From NCBI RefSeq assembly GCF_001194135.2, contig NC_068989.1, forward strand, positions 85,542,819-85,606,671: a stretch of 63,853 nt of DNA, written 5' to 3'. This document shows, piece after piece, positions 1-14,690 of the stretch. Under the pieces are notes generated by a model. That model made no database searches. It saw nothing but the letters and a program-made list of their open reading frames with translations, and was not told where the DNA came from. Position 1 is the first letter of the stretch; each line of letters begins with the position of its first letter. The stretch is from Octopus bimaculoides (lineage: Eukaryota). Position numbers and translations under genes: made by a program.

Positions 1-41
<41 letters not shown>

Positions 42-630
42 CATACATACAGATATACATACACATGCACATGACAAACTTCCACAGTTTCCACCTATCA
101 AATTCACTCGCAGGGCATTGGTTAGCCCAGGGTTATAGTAGAAGACAGCTGCCCAGAGTGCAGCACAGTGGGACTGAACCCAAAACCTTATGTTTGCATC
201 CCCGCACCTAACCCCACAAACATGCTTGTGTCTGTTACACTAAAAAAAAAAAAAAAAGAACTTAAGTTATGATGATGATGATGATGATGATGGAAATGGT
301 AATGGTTGTGACAGCGAAGATGAATGTGATGATGATAATGTTAGCAATAATGAAGGCAGTGGTGGAGGTGGTTGTGGTGCCGGTGGTTGTCGTGATGATG
401 ATGGTGGTGGTGGTGGTGGTGGTGGAGGTGGTAGTTAGAGATGGTAATAATAGTGTTGGTGATGGTAGAGATGGTGATGAATGTAGTAGTAGTAGTAGTA
501 GTAGTGATGGCGGTAACTGATAGTATTATGGCACTGATGTGATGATGATGATAGTGGTGGTAGTGGTGATGGCATTACGGTGATGGTGATGGTGAAGAAG
601 ATGACAATGATGATGATGATGGTGATCCAA
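1..630. repeat. (AT)n, (ACAT)n and (GAT/GGT/AGT)n microsatellite cluster
   Basis: Directly visible. Confidence 0.9.
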
Positions 631-1085
631 AGGAATTAATTTCTGCAAAAATAACCTTTCCTAATCTAAAGGCTTGCAAATGATAATTTTCGATTTAAAG
701 AAATTTGGCAAGAGTTGCAATTTTGGTTGGCAGAATTGCAGATGGTGCTGAATAATGGTAATCAATAAGGTGCAAGAACAGCAGACAGCAAGAACTATAG
801 CTGAGGGTTGGAGGAGGAGGAGGAGNNNNNNNNNNNNNNNNNNNNNNNNNNNNNNNNNNNNNNNNNNNNNNNNNNNNNNNNNNNNNNNNNNNNNNNNNNN
901 NNNNNNNNNNNNNNNNNNNNNNNNNNNNNNNNNNNNNNNNNNNNNNNNNNNNNNNNNNNNNNNNNNNNNNNNNNNNNNNNNNNNNNNNNNNNNNNNNNNN
1001 NNNNNNNNNNNNNNNNNNNNNNNNNNNNNNNNNNNNNNNNNNNNNNNNNNNNNNNNNNNNNNNNNNNNNNNNNNNNNNNNNNNNN

Positions 1086-1116
<31 letters not shown>

Positions 1117-2479
1117 GGAGGTAAGGTAGAAGAGAGTTTGAATCAGAGACAAAGTTTGTCCATTAGAGAGACAAAAAGTCAATGTGTGAGCGACTTTTGG
1201 AAATGTATGGGTGTGTATACCTGTACATGTGTGTGTGTGTGTGTGAATGTGCATATATGTGTAGGAGACTTGAGACAGGAAAAGACTGTAGGAGAGATGA
1301 GATATGAGAGAGAGAGAAGGAATAAGAGATATGAGAGAGAGAGAGAGAGAAAGAGAGAGGAGAGAAAGAGAAAGAGAAATGAGACAGAGAGAGTGTGTAT
1401 GCGCGTGTGTGCGTGTCTGTGTGCATGTGCATGCATGCGTGTGTGTGTGTGTCAGATGTATGATAGGAAGAGTATAAAAGATATGAAAAAGCATGATTGT
1501 GAAGGAGGAGGAGTCTGTGAGATTAGTAAGAAAGAGTAAGAGGTGGAGTAGATGGATGTAAAGGTTAGGCTTTTTACCGGGCCAACACACACACACACAC
1601 ACACACACAAGGAGAGATAAAAAGGTATTTGGACAATATGTGCTAAACTAATGTGTGTGTGTGTGTGTATATGGGTGTGAGAAAGAGAGAGAGAGAGAGA
1701 GTGTGACAGACTGACAGAATGAAGATAAGATAAAGGTGCATGTGTGTATGCATCCATGTGTGTGTGCGTGTGTGTGTGAAAGCATGCACGCATGTGCTGT
1801 GTGTGTGTGTGTGTGTGTGTGTGTACATGTAGAAATAGAGAGGAGAAAGTCATTTAAAAGTGCATTTAACTGCAAATAGAATGGAAGAATACCATAGTCG
1901 TCGTCGTTTAACGTCCGCTTTCCATGCTAGCATGGGTTGGACGATTTGACTGAGAACTGGTGAAACCAGATGACTACACCAGGCTCCAATCTGATTTGGC
2001 AGAGTTTCTACAGCTGGATGCCCCCTTCCNNNNNNNNNNNNNNNNNNNNNNNNNNNNNNNNNNNNNNNNNNNNNNNNNNNNNNNNNNNNNNNNNNNNNNN
2101 NNNNNNNNNNNNNNNNNNNNNNNNNNNNNNNNNNNNNNNNNNNNNNNNNNNNNNNNNNNNNNNNNNNNNNNNNNNNNNNNNNNNNNNNNNNNNNNNNNNN
2201 NNNNNNNNNNNNNNNNNNNNNNNNNNNNNNNNNNNNNNNNNNNNNNNNNNNNNNNNNNNNNNNNNNNNNNNNNNNNNGCATGAGGAGAGTGGGGAGAAAA
2301 TTGATAAAACAAGATTTATTGAAGTAGATGAAATTAGCTTTCCACAGCAGCAGTAGTAGTAGCAGTAATAGTAGTAGGAATATTAACAACAACAACAACA
2401 TACATACAACCAAATCTGTCATGTGAGTGATGCGAGATAGTGGGGGGAAAAATGTATAAAAATTGCAGCGAATAACAGC

Positions 2480-3410
2480 AACAATGAAAGGGTGAATGAG
2501 TGTGAGAGGGAGAGAGGGGGGAGTGAGTGTGAGAGAGAGGGTGAATGAGTGTGAGGGAGAGGGGGAGTGAGAAAGAGAGAGTGAGTGAGTGAGAAAAAGA
2601 GAGAGTGAAAGAGAAAGAGAGTGAAAGAGAAAGAGAGTGAAAGAGAGAGTGAGTGAAAGAGAAAGAGAGTGAAAGAGAAAGAGAGTGAAAGAGAAAGAGA
2701 GTGAAAGAGAAAGAGAGTGAAAGAGAAAGAGAGTGAAAGAGAAAGAGAGTGAAAGAGAAAGAGAGTGAAAGAGAAAGAGAGTGAAAGAGAAAGAGAGTGA
2801 AAGAGAAAGAGAGTGAAAGAGAAAGAGTGAAAGAGAAAGAGAGTGAGTGAGAGAGAGAGAAAGAGAGAATGGGAGAGTGAATGAGAGAGTAAGAGAAAGA
2901 GAGTGAGTGAAAGAGAGAGTGAGTGAAAGAGAGAGTGAGTGAAAGAGAGAGAGTGAGAGAGAAAGAGAAAGTGAGAAAGAGAGAGTAAGAGAGAAAGGGA
3001 GAGTGAATGAAAGAGAGAGTGAGAAAGAGAGAGAGAGTGAGAAAGAGAGTGAGAAAGAGAGAGAGTGAGAAAGAGAGAGAGTGAGAAAGAGAGAGAGTGA
3101 GAAAGAGAGAGTGTGAGAAAGAGAGAGTGTGAGAAAGAGAGAGTGTGTGAGTGAGAGAGAGTGTGTGAGTGAGAGAAAGAGAGTGAGTGAGAGAAAGAGA
3201 GTGAGTGATGGAGAAAGAGAGTGAATGAGAGAGAAAGAGAGTGTGTGAGTGAGAGAAAGAGTGAATGAGAGAGAAAGAGAGTGTGTGAGAGAAAGAGAGT
3301 GAGTGAGAGAAAGAGAGAGTGAGTGAAAGAGAGAAAGAGAGAGTGAGTGAAAGAGAGAAAGAGAGAGTGAGTGAGAAAGAGAGAGTGAGTGAGAGAGAGA
3401 AAGAGGAAGG
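2480..3410 (+). repeat. Purine-rich GA/GT low-complexity tract with a 16-bp unit (GAGAGTGAAAGAGAAA)n
   Basis: Directly visible; produces the SL/SH-rich pseudo-ORFs on the minus strand. Confidence 0.95.
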
Positions 3411-6400
3411 ATAGTCATTCATTTGTGTTATATTATTAAATAAAGGCAGACCAAAGTAACGCTAACAGGAAGTGATGGAACCAGACAAAATATATTCATG
3501 TATTCCAAGACTCAGCTACAATTACAGCCTCACTGGTCAGCAGAACAGACTCAGACAGAGTCGATGAGGGATACAACGAAGTCAATAACTCATGTTAGAA
3601 ACAACAGCCAAATCACTCTGAAAACACACTAACAACAAAAGATCACAGAGAACATAATCCGAGATATATTGTATCTGAATGAAAAGCAAGATCAGCATTA
3701 TGGGATTGTAGAAATAGGACTGACCTAGCACTAAACATTAACTATAGCTACTAATACTCATCATCATCATCATCATCGTTTAATGTCCGCTTTCCATGCT
3801 GGCATGGGTTGGATGATTTGACTGAGGACTGGTGAACCAGGTGGCTACACCAGGCTCCAATCTGATCTGGCAGAGTTTCTAAGGCTGGATGCCCTTCCTA
3901 ACGCCAACCACTCCGAGAGTGTAGTGGGTGCTTTTACGTGCCACCGGCACAAAGGCCAGTCAGGCGGTACTGGCACTGGTTCCAAATTTTGGCACAAGCC
4001 CAGCAATTTCGCGGGGAAAAGTAAGTCAATTACATCAACCCCAAAACTCAAATGGTATTTATTTCATCGATCCCAAAAAGGATGAAAGGCAAAATTGACC
4101 TCAGCTGAATTTGAACTCAGAACATAAAGATGGATGAAATACCGCTAAGCATATTATGTTACCCAGCAGCTTTTTTTCAATTGGGGTAGCAAGACACAGC
4201 AATACACCTGTTTCTGTTTTTCTGTTGCTCTAACCTCTCATCACCTGGTACAAAACCAGCTCTCTAAAAACTAGTCCTCCTTCAGCTGAGGGGGTCATGT
4301 CTAGAAAGTGTGTGTGAAAGCCAGCTGTGGTCATGATCAAGACAGAAGGGAGATGGATGGTCTGATGTAAATGTTAATGAGATTAAAATTATGCCTTTCT
4401 GAGTTCAATGCCTAACCGAGGTTCTGACTGTCTTTCATGTCCAAAGCAAAACAAGAAAGAAGTATACAAAATAGAAACCAGTAATACACTGGTTACTTAA
4501 ATGGCATTAGTTAAATCAAAAAGCAGATTTGTGTTAGCAGTAAGCCCTATCTTTACATCATTCTTTTTTTTTTTCTTGCATGTGGTTTGTCTGTAACCTT
4601 TTCTATATCAGGCAGGTCAGTCAATGATGAAGTGAAACCAATAGGACCTGTTTTTGGGATGGGCATGCTGAACCAAGTTATGGGCCTTGCTCAAGGAGTT
4701 CATGATGGAAAGAGGGGTATTTGAACTTGTACTGTTCAAGGTCTTTAATCCAGTATAAACTCATTCAATACCACTGGATGGTATTTAAGCAATTTTCAGA
4801 TTAGTAATAGTAAAAAGCCTTACTTAAAGGTTCAATACAAGGCAAAATACTAGTGATTAAAGAGACTGTTTATATGTGGTGATTATGATGATGATGATAA
4901 TTAGCAACTGTGTCACTGTGTCGTGCTACAGTAGCTCTCCCAATCTTCTTTAAAAAAAAACTCACCCTACTGAGTCATTGTTCTCTGGCAATCCTGTCCA
5001 CTGTAGCCCTTTATTAGAAATTCACTCCAATAAATCCCTACAAAACTGATCCAATATTAAATCACAAAGCTGTCATCACAGATAACAGTGTTTGAGAGAG
5101 AGAGGGGGGGAGTNNNNNNNNNNNNNNNNNNNNNNNNNNNNNNNNNNNNNNNNNNNNNNNNNNNNNNNNNNNNNNNNNNNNNNNNNNNNNNNNNNNNNNN
5201 NNNNNNNNNNNNNNNNNNNNNNNNNNNNNNNNNNNNNNNNNNNNNNNNNNNNNNNNNNNNNNNNNNNNNNNNNNNNNNNNNNNNNNNNNNNNNNNNNNNN
5301 NNNNNNNNNNNNNNNNNNNNNNNNNNNNNNNNNNNNNNNNNNNNNNNNNNNNNNNNNNNNNNNNNNNNNNNNNNNNNNNNNNNNNNNNNNNNNNNNNNNN
5401 NNNNNNNNNNNNNNNNNNNNNNNNNNNNNNNNNNNNNNNNNNNNNNNNNNNNNNNNNNNNNNNNNNNNNNNNNNNNNNNNNNNNNNNNNNNNNNNNNNNN
5501 NNNNNNNNNNNNNNNNNNNNNNNNNNNNNNNNNNNNNNNNNNNNNNNNNNNNNNNNNNNNNNNNNNNNNNNNNNNNNNNNNNNNNNNNNNNNNNNNNNNN
5601 NNNNNNNNNNNNNNNNNNNNNNNNNNNNNNNNNNNNNNNNNNNNNNNNNNNNNNTATTGACACCACACTGTAACCAGTGCAATAGTCTCAGACAGTCATC
5701 AGGTGTTGCTTTTTTCTTTTTGTTTTTCGTTTTTACACATCTTTTAATTTAGATTAAAATCTACTACAACACAAATAGGTTCATCGCACCCAGACAGCCG
5801 TTGTTTAGCCCCAGGTCAGCTTTTCCAGTTGTGACATTCTGTTTTGTACCTCTATGACAATACAGGTCAATGTAGCCATACTTTTTTTTTTTTTTAGAAG
5901 GCAGGGTGTGATTTGAGGATATTTCCTTTTTTTCACAGGTAAAGCAATTACTTGAAGATTCCTTGTGGCCTGTAGGAACCTAAGATGCTAAAATTTACCT
6001 CATTCATTCTACAAATAGGTTGACATAAGGTCATCAAATCATAGATGTGTCAAAAACCAAAACAACCATGTAAAACAAGGTGATTCAATCATTTCTAAGA
6101 GAACAGTAGCTCTGAATAAGAACTGACTTGGACCATAATGGACCTTTCAACTGATTCCAGCATAGAAAATGGATGTTGCTGTTGTTATTTTTAAGCCAGA
6201 GATTTGGCAGAATTGTTAGAGTGTTGGGAAAAAAATGCTTTGCAATATTTCTTCCAGTCCGTTACAGTCAAATTCCACCGAGGTTGACTTTGCTTTTTAT
6301 CCTTTCAAGCATGATAAAATGAAATAGCAGTCACGTACTGGGGTTGATATAATCAAGTAATCCCTTTCCCCTGTCCCCACCAAAAAAAAAAAAAATTGCT

Positions 6401-6819
6401 GGCCTTGTGTAAGGAAATAGCAAGGGTGATCAAATTAAATTTATGCCAATAAACGACTGTGTATATTATTTCATTGATGCTGAATGAAAGAACTGCAAAG
6501 TTGGCTTCCGCAACATTTGAACTCAGAACATACACATGACTAAACTCTGCAAGACATTTAATCTAATATTTTACAGTTTCTAGCACTCAACCATCCTGTT
6601 TTAATTATATTAGTTAAGCCAATGAGGAAGCCTCTGTATAGTCATGCAACCAGCGAGAGAAATAGCAGCAGTATCTCCCCTAAATCACATCCTACAGTCT
6701 TTATTTAAAGGAGATATTGGATCATAAGTTTTGAAAAGTATGAGATGGTCAAGGCAACATCTTTAATCAGAGGTCTGTTGGATGAGGGCAGACTTGGAAA
6801 TTAATTAACATCAACATCA

Positions 6820-7060
6820 TTAAACATCCATTTTTTCCATGCTTGCATGGATCAGATAGAATTTGTTGAGGTAGATTTTCTACGGCCAGATGCTCTTCCT
6901 GTCACCAGCCCTCGGTTCTTTCCCTCGTTTCCAAGCAAGATAACATTTCCCTACAACCAGACATGTTTTCCATGGAAGGCTGGAAATGAACAACACCGCT
7001 TGTATGACAATGATACATGTTTACAATCATTTCATGGTGTAGAGGCAAGGATACACACAA
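6820..7060. mobile_element. Related (GAT)n-tailed repeat subfamily
   Basis: TTTCCATGCTTGCATGG...GTTTCCAAGCAAGGTAATATTTC. Other copies (approximate): 9050-9260, 15160-15370, 21945-22190, 62760-62900. Confidence 0.6.
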
Positions 7061-7694
7061 ACACACACAACAGGCTTCTTTTAGTTTCTCTCTACCAAAT
7101 CCACTTACGAGGCTTCAGTCAGCCCACAGTTATAGTGGAAGACACCTACCCAAGGTGCTGTAGAGTGGACTGAACCCAAGATCACATAGGTGGGAAGCAA
7201 TCTTCTTAACCATACACTCATCCTTGCATCTAACAAATATATAAGTAACACACCCAGGATCACAGATGGCTGAATCAAACCAGTTACTGAACAATCAACC
7301 AGGGTTTTATCAATTTATATTCCATTACAGTATAGTTGTGGGCTGAGACACTTATCTCTCAAGGCCTAATTCCACTTTACTATTAAATTGCTAATAGATT
7401 ACTGTTGTTTACACTGTTGATCAGATAATCTATGGCCAAACAAGTATCACCCATTATTATTCTACCTATCTTTGAAAACCAGCCCTCTATCAATGTACTA
7501 TAAGGTGACACAGTTTGCCAGTGGCAGTAGAGTAGAATTCACAAGTGTCCCATTGGTTTAGCAGTCCCAAGTTCAATTCCTCCAGCAGATGAAGCTGCCT
7601 GTGGTAGACAACTATTCAAGACTGAGATAAGATTTACCATTCTTCTGCTCCATTCTCCAGAAACTTAATGATTATCTCAGCATTCAGTCTTTAA

Positions 7695-8238
7695 CCCTTT
7701 AGCATTCAGATCCCTCTATCAAATCTAATACTTGTTTAATCTTTTATCTCTTACTTGTTTCAGTCATTAGACTGTGGCCATGCTGGGGCACCACCTTCAA
7801 TTTTAAGCCTGGTACTTACTCTATTGGTCTTTTGTACCAAACTGCTAAGTTACGGGGATGCAAACACACTGACACCAGTTGTCAAACAGTGAGAGGGGTG
7901 ACAAACACACACACACACACACACGACAAGCTTCTTCCAGTTTACATCTACCAAATCCACTCATAAGGCTTTGGTTGACCCAAGGTTATAGTAGAAGACA
8001 CTTGCCCTAGGTGCTATGCAGTGGAACTGAACCTGAAGCTATGTAGTCAGGAAGTAAGCTTCTTACCACACAGCCATGCCTTTTTAATTACATTGTTTTG
8101 AATTTATTATGCATTATCTCATACCTTTAAGATTTGAATGATGTGATTGTATATTTTTAGAATTACATTGTAGGACAAGTGTGAGAGGCCAGATCTGGCA
8201 GATTTGGACTGGATATGGCTGGTTTAACTGCTAAATAG
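7695..8238. mobile_element. piggyBac-type MITE interrupted by a SINE (about 7745-8080)
   Basis: TTAA-CCCTTTAGCA ... TGCTAAATAG-TTAA ends. Confidence 0.6.
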
Positions 8239-10071
8239 TTAAAACATATATGCTGTCCTAAAATTTAACAAGTACACTAACTTTACAATTTGCAAGATGG
8301 TAAAGATCTGTTTTGAGGGAGTTTTAGCTGCAGGACTGAATCATCATTGAATTTCTGAACAACTATTTGGTATTGAAATGGTAAAGTTCACCATTCTCGA
8401 GATCTAATCAGACTAACACAAACAGATTCTTTAATTATAGTTAATTATTCAGAGCACATAAAATAATTTCCATTTGTATAATTGGCTGGAATGAAGAGTG
8501 TGTGTGAATATGAGCATATATGAACACATGTATATGCGTGTGTGTGTGTGTGTACATTTTATCAGTGTTCTTGCATGCTACCAAAGGCAAAAAGTATTGT
8601 CCTAATACCAGACATGGCAAATGCATAATGCATACACCGCAAAGGTCTGTTTTTGTCGGTGCTATGTACACACTAGTTTCCACCCTGCATGTGGTCTCTA
8701 GACACACATTCTTTTATTCTTTTATTCATTTCAGTCATTTGCCTGCAGCCATGCTGGAGCACTGCCAGAACTTACTCTTTGTAAGCCTAGTACTTATTCT
8801 GTTGGTTTCTTTTGCCAACCCACTAAGTTACAGGGATGTAAACACACCAACATCAGTTGTCAAGCAATGCTGGGTGGACAAACACACATACATATATACG
8901 ACGGGCTTCTTTCCATTTACTAAATCCACTTTGGTCAGCCCGAGGCTACAGTAGAAGACACTTGCCCAAGGTTCAACACAATGGGACTGAACCTGCAACC
9001 ATGTGGTTGGTAAGCAAACTACTTACCACACAGCCAGTATCATTTTAACTTCTACTTTCCCATGCTTGCATGGGTTGGATGAAATTTGTCAAGGGGATTT
9101 TCTACAGCTGTCAATCCTCACTTGTTTCCAAGTTAGGGGGTATTCTCCATAACCAGGTATTGGTTTTCACAGATCAGAAATGAAGGGCACCACTTGCATG
9201 AAAGTGGCATTTGTTTACAACTATCGCATGCAGTCAAGGCAAAGAGACTAACACATACATGCACACATATACATATGGATATGTGTGTATACACACACAC
9301 ACACACAACAAGTTTCTTTCAGTTTCCACTCACAAGCCTTTGGTCAGCACAGGGATGTAATAGAAGACACGCGCCCAATGTTCTACACAGTGGGACTGAA
9401 TCCAAGACGATGTGGTTGAGAAGCACACTTCTTACCACACAGCCACACTTGCACCTATACATACATANNNNNNNNNNNNNNNNNNNNNNNNNNNNNNNNN
9501 NNNNNNNNNNNNNNNNNNNNNNNNNNNNNNNNNNNNNNNNNNNNNNNNNNNNNNNNNNNNNNNNNNNNNNNNNNNNNNNNNNNNNNNNNNNNNNNNNNNN
9601 NNNNNNNNNNNNNNNNNNNNNNNNNNNNNNNNNNNNNNNNNNNNNNNNNNNNNNNNNNNNNNNNNNNNNNNNNNNNNNNNNNNNNNNNNNNNNNNNNNNN
9701 NNNNNNNNNNNNNNNNNNNNNNNNNNNNNNNNNNNNNNNNNNNNNNNNNNNNNNNNNNNNNNNNNNNNNNNNNNNNNNNNNNNNNNNNNNNNNNNNNNNN
9801 NNNNNNNNNNNNNNNNNNNNNNNNNNNNNNNNNNNNNNNNNNNNNNNNNNNNNNNNNNNNNNNNNNNNNNNNNNNNNNNNNNNNNNNNNNNNNNNNNNNN
9901 NNNNNNNNNNNNNNNNNNNNNNNNNNNNNNNNNNNNNNNNNNNNNNNNNNNNNNNNNNNNNNNNNNNNNNNNNNNNNNNNNNNNNNNNNNNNNNNNNNNN
10001 NNNNNNNNNNNNNNNNNNNNNNNNNNNNNNNNNNNNNNNNNNNNNNNNNNNNNNNTATATGTGTATATATG

Positions 10072-10108
<37 letters not shown>

Positions 10109-11296
10109 CCTCCTCATTATATCCTTTTCCCAATGCTGCTGTTGATAGGATGGGAATCACCATCCCACTGTAGTTCATATCTCATAAACACACTAACAGG
10201 GGAAAAAAAAACTTTGTTGCTGTGACTATCGTACTGTGTGGACTTGCTGTTATTCTTTTATATGTTTCAGTCATTTGATTGTGGCCATGCTGGAGCACTG
10301 CCTTGAAGGGTTTTTAGTTGAACAAATCGACCCCAGGACATGATTTTTTTTTCAAGCCTAGTACTTATTTTATTGATCTCTTTTGCCAAACTGCTAGGTT
10401 ACAGGGGACGTAAACACACCAAAACCAGTTGTCAAGCAGTAATGGGCGGACAAATACAGACACAAAGACACACACACACAGATATATATACATACATACA
10501 CACACACACACAACGGACTTCTTTCAGTTTCCATCTACCAAATCCACTCACAAGGCTTTGGTCAGCCAGAGGCTATAGTAGAAGGTGCAATGCAGTGGTA
10601 CTGAACCCAGAACCATGTGGCTGGGAAACAAGCTTCCTACCACACAGCCATGCTTAACGGTATTTTGTCTGCTGCTGCGTTCTAAGTTAAAGTTCCGCCA
10701 AGGTTGACTTTGCCTTTCATCCTTTCGGGGTCGATTAAATAAGTACCAGTTACGCACTGGGGTCGATATAATCGACTTAATCCATTTGTCTGTCCTTGTT
10801 TGTCCCCTCTGTGTGTAGCCCCTTGTGGGTAGTAAAGGAATAACACAGCATGACTGTGTATATTTTTAACATGCAACCAGAGTCCCCTCTCATCCTGTAT
10901 CAGCTCTTATTCAGAATTACTGTTCTTTTGAACAGGTAACGTGTGACGAAGCTGGCGGAGTCCACGTTTGATACATATATTTTATTAATGGTACCACTAC
11001 ATTACTAAGAACTGGGTTCTTCGAGTATTTTGCGACACACCACAAGTACTGTATTCTAAAATATTGTTGATATATAGCAAGCTACCCAAAATCATTGAAG
11101 ATAGAAATGTGAAAGTGTCATCCATGACTTTACTCCAGAACTAAAAGCAATGAAATATTCAAAGCTGAAGATGAACCTTCAATTTACATGTATGTATGTG
11201 CGTGAATGAGTGAGTGCATGTATACATATGAAATAATGAGTATGTTTGTGTCCCGCTGCATAATGCATGTGTTATGTGTGTTTGTGTGTGTGTGCG

Positions 11297-11328
<32 letters not shown>

Positions 11329-12429
11329 CTACATATGGTCTGTGCATGAACTAATGTGTTAATCTATCTGCTGGTGTCTGTTTGCCCATCAACCAATGTG
11401 TACATATGTTTGTGTGTATGTGTGTGTGTGTGCATTAATGAGTGTCTGTTGTGGTATAAAAACAGCTGTAGCAGGGAATTGATTGCTGCTACTATACAGT
11501 ATCAACATGTACAAGCCCAACATAGACAAAACAGCTGACTGCAGAGCCCCCTAAGTAATGCAACACCTACCAACCTGCCAACCAACCAACCAGGAGTCAG
11601 CTAACCAATCAGGGTGCTGCATAAATAATGGGATATAACAATATGGATGGTGATCCTTTAAAATATCAAGGAAGGCAGATTCAAATAGGGAACAGAATTG
11701 GTTTTGCACTGAAACAATTGCCATTGTCACTTATTTGCAGTTATTATATATTATTTGTTGTGGACAGACATATTGGACGGAGACATTTTGAATAATGAAC
11801 TAGTAATGACTATAAAACATGGGGGAGGGGGAAGAGAGTGAGAGTGTGTATGCACAAGTGTGTGTGAGTGCATGTGTATAAGTACATGTGTATGCGTGTC
11901 TGTATGTGTGGGTGCATATGTGACTGTGCACGAGAATGCAAGTGTGTGAAAGTGCATGTGCTTAAGATTGTGTGTGTGTGTGTGTATGCATCTCCATACA
12001 TCATTCAGTATTTCTACACACATTGGGCAAAATGTATATGTGCAATGATGAACTATGTGTAAAATAGATATGCATGTGTGCATGTGTATTTGTGTGTCTG
12101 CACATGTGTGCATGTGTGTGTGTTTTGTGAAAAATTAAACAAGAAGCTCAGAGTTGCAATGATTGGAAACCACATCCCAAAATAAAAGAATAAATCCTAC
12201 GATCAGAGAGAAAAGCAGTCATTACAAGTTGTAGAGTTTATTAATTTATTTCAAGCTGAAGTTTTTCTTCATCGCTCCTCTGCGTTTCTAGTTCTTATCT
12301 TTCACATCACATATATGTATCTTACATAGCACTAATCATTGTACATATACACCCGTATTTGTCTACATATGTAGAAATACTATGTGTGTGTGTATATATA
12401 TATATATATGTATATGTATGTATGTATGT

Positions 12430-12825
12430 ATGTATAGTGGCATTCCGTCGGTTACAACAACGAAGGTTCCAGTTGTTCAGATCAACGGAACATCCTGCTT
12501 GTGAAATTAACATATAAGTGGCTGAGCACTCCACAGACTTGTGTACCCTTAATGTAGTTCTCGGGGAGATTCAGCTTGACAGTGTGTGACAAGACTGGCC
12601 TTTTGAAATACAAATACAACAGAAACAGGAAGAAAGAATGAGAGAAAGTTGTGGTGAAAGAGTAGAGCAGGGTTCACCACCACCCACTGTTGGAGCCTCA
12701 TGGAGCTTTAGGTGTTTTGGTTTCTGTGTACCAAATCTACTCACAAGGCTTTGGTTGGCCCAAGGTGCCACATAATGGGACTGAATCAGCTTAGTCATAG
12801 TCTAATCACTGAAACAAGTAAAAGG

Positions 12826-12830
<5 letters not shown>
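12430..12830 (-). mobile_element. Chimeric SINE: family A body joined to family B fragments
   Basis: 12430-12715 matches 34947-35225, then the sequence switches to family B pieces. Confidence 0.65.
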
Positions 12831-12874
<44 letters not shown>

Positions 12875-13567
12875 NNNNNNNNNNNNNNNNNNNNNNNNNN
12901 NNNNNNNNNNNNNNNNNNNNNNNNNNNNNNNNNNNNNNNNNNNNNNNNNNNNNNNNNNNNNNNNNNNNNNNNNNNNNNNNNNNNNNNNNNNNNNNNNNNN
13001 NNNNNNNNNNNNNNNNNNNNNNNNNNNNNNNNNNNNNNNNNNNNNNNNNNNNNNNNNNNNNNNNNNNNNNNNNNNNNNNNNNNNNNNNNNNNNNNNNNNN
13101 NNNNNNNNNNNNTATATATTTGTGTGTGTTTGTCTCCCCACCATCACTTGACAACTGATGTTGGTCTGTTTACATCCCCATAACTTTGTGGTTCAGCAAA
13201 AGTGACTGATAAAATAAGTACTAAGCTTACAAGGAATAAGTCCTGGGGTCGATTTGTTCAACTAAAGGCGGTGCCCCAGCATGGTCGCAGTCAAATGATT
13301 GAAACAAGTAAAAGCATACAAAAATATATATATAAACAATATGGATCCCTTGTATGCTAAAAATAGCCATCAAACCGTCTTTCCATACACACACACACAA
13401 GAAAAAAGTAGATTGATAGATAGGTGATTCTTAACAGTTATTAAGCTTTATACTGATAGGGGGAGAATGAAGGTTGAAAATTCACAGTTGCTATAGTGGT
13501 ATTCATGCCTTTCCCAAGGACACTAGAAGCACGAAGTGAAAAACATTCTCTGGCCAGCTGAAAGACA

Positions 13568-13599
<32 letters not shown>

Positions 13600-14590
13600 C
13601 AGCAGTAGTCAACAGTCAGAGAGAGATAGACAGAGAGAGAGAGAAAGAGAGTTGTAACAATACACCAGCTAGCTCTGTCTGTCACTTAGAAATAAACTAA
13701 AATATCCTATCTTGTATAACTATTCTTATTCTGCTTCGGAAAACACAAACTTTTCAGACAAAGATGGATTTACAATAGTGAAGCTAACCTTTTTACCTTT
13801 CTTTTCTTCTCTCTTTTATTTATTATTACAATTTAATTATCATTATTATTAATATTATTATCATTCTGCCTTTTATTTGCAATTGCTCTTTCCGTATTGT
13901 CTATCTCCTTCACACAATTATCAAGTAGGAGGTATTCCTTTACACTGTTAACAAAAACAGCTTTGTGCAAAGACTTCTTTAGATTAAACCCCACCGCCAC
14001 CACCACCACCATTCCTACTTTTCATGATAATGAACCTCACACAATAGCAATTACATAGTGAATGATCTGGGAAGACAGGTGTGTGTGTGTATGTGTGTGT
14101 GTGCAGAGCAGATAGCTCTGCATTGAAGGAGGAGGAAGGAGAATAAAAGAATGAAGGGTGCCACTCAACCATTTAGAAACCAAAGAACCAGAACAAATAA
14201 CATCTGACAACCACCTTTACAGCCACCACCACTACCACACCAACAACCAATGTGTGTCTGTGTGTCTGTGCACGCGTGTGTGCATTAAAACGTTTGGGAT
14301 TATAGGTTTAAATGCAAGATTAAATAGATAAAGTTAATAGGAGTGGCCTTGTAAAGAGGAAAATACTGTACTCTCAAAAACACATTTTTTTAATTATTTC
14401 TCACTTGGGAGGAAGGGTAGTTCCCATCGCCTTTTTCAGAGTCCCCAAGACTAGTGAGAAGGAGGTGGGTATTCTCAAACTGGCTTAAATACCTGCAACA
14501 GAGTGGAGTCCCTTGCTAAAGGTACGCAAGGGCCGCGTGGTAGCGTTAAACCAGGCACTGTAAGTCTACCATCAAAGTAGGCAACAGTAA

Positions 14591-14690
14591 CATCATATAT
14601 ATGCATACACATCATATATATGCATACACATCATATATATGCATACACAGTCCATCATATATATGTATACACATCATATATATGTATACA
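14591..14690. repeat. 19-bp minisatellite CATCATATATATGYATACA x5
   Basis: Three GC-variant units, a 5-bp insert, then two GT-variant units. Confidence 0.9.

Noticed and set aside
661-3422. Long ORFs of 315-522 aa
   Set aside because: Translations of GA/CA microsatellites and N gaps.
14400-14575. HDV-like, twister or pistol ribozyme
   Set aside because: Partial motif resemblance only; the required helix order and catalytic residues could not be placed on either strand.
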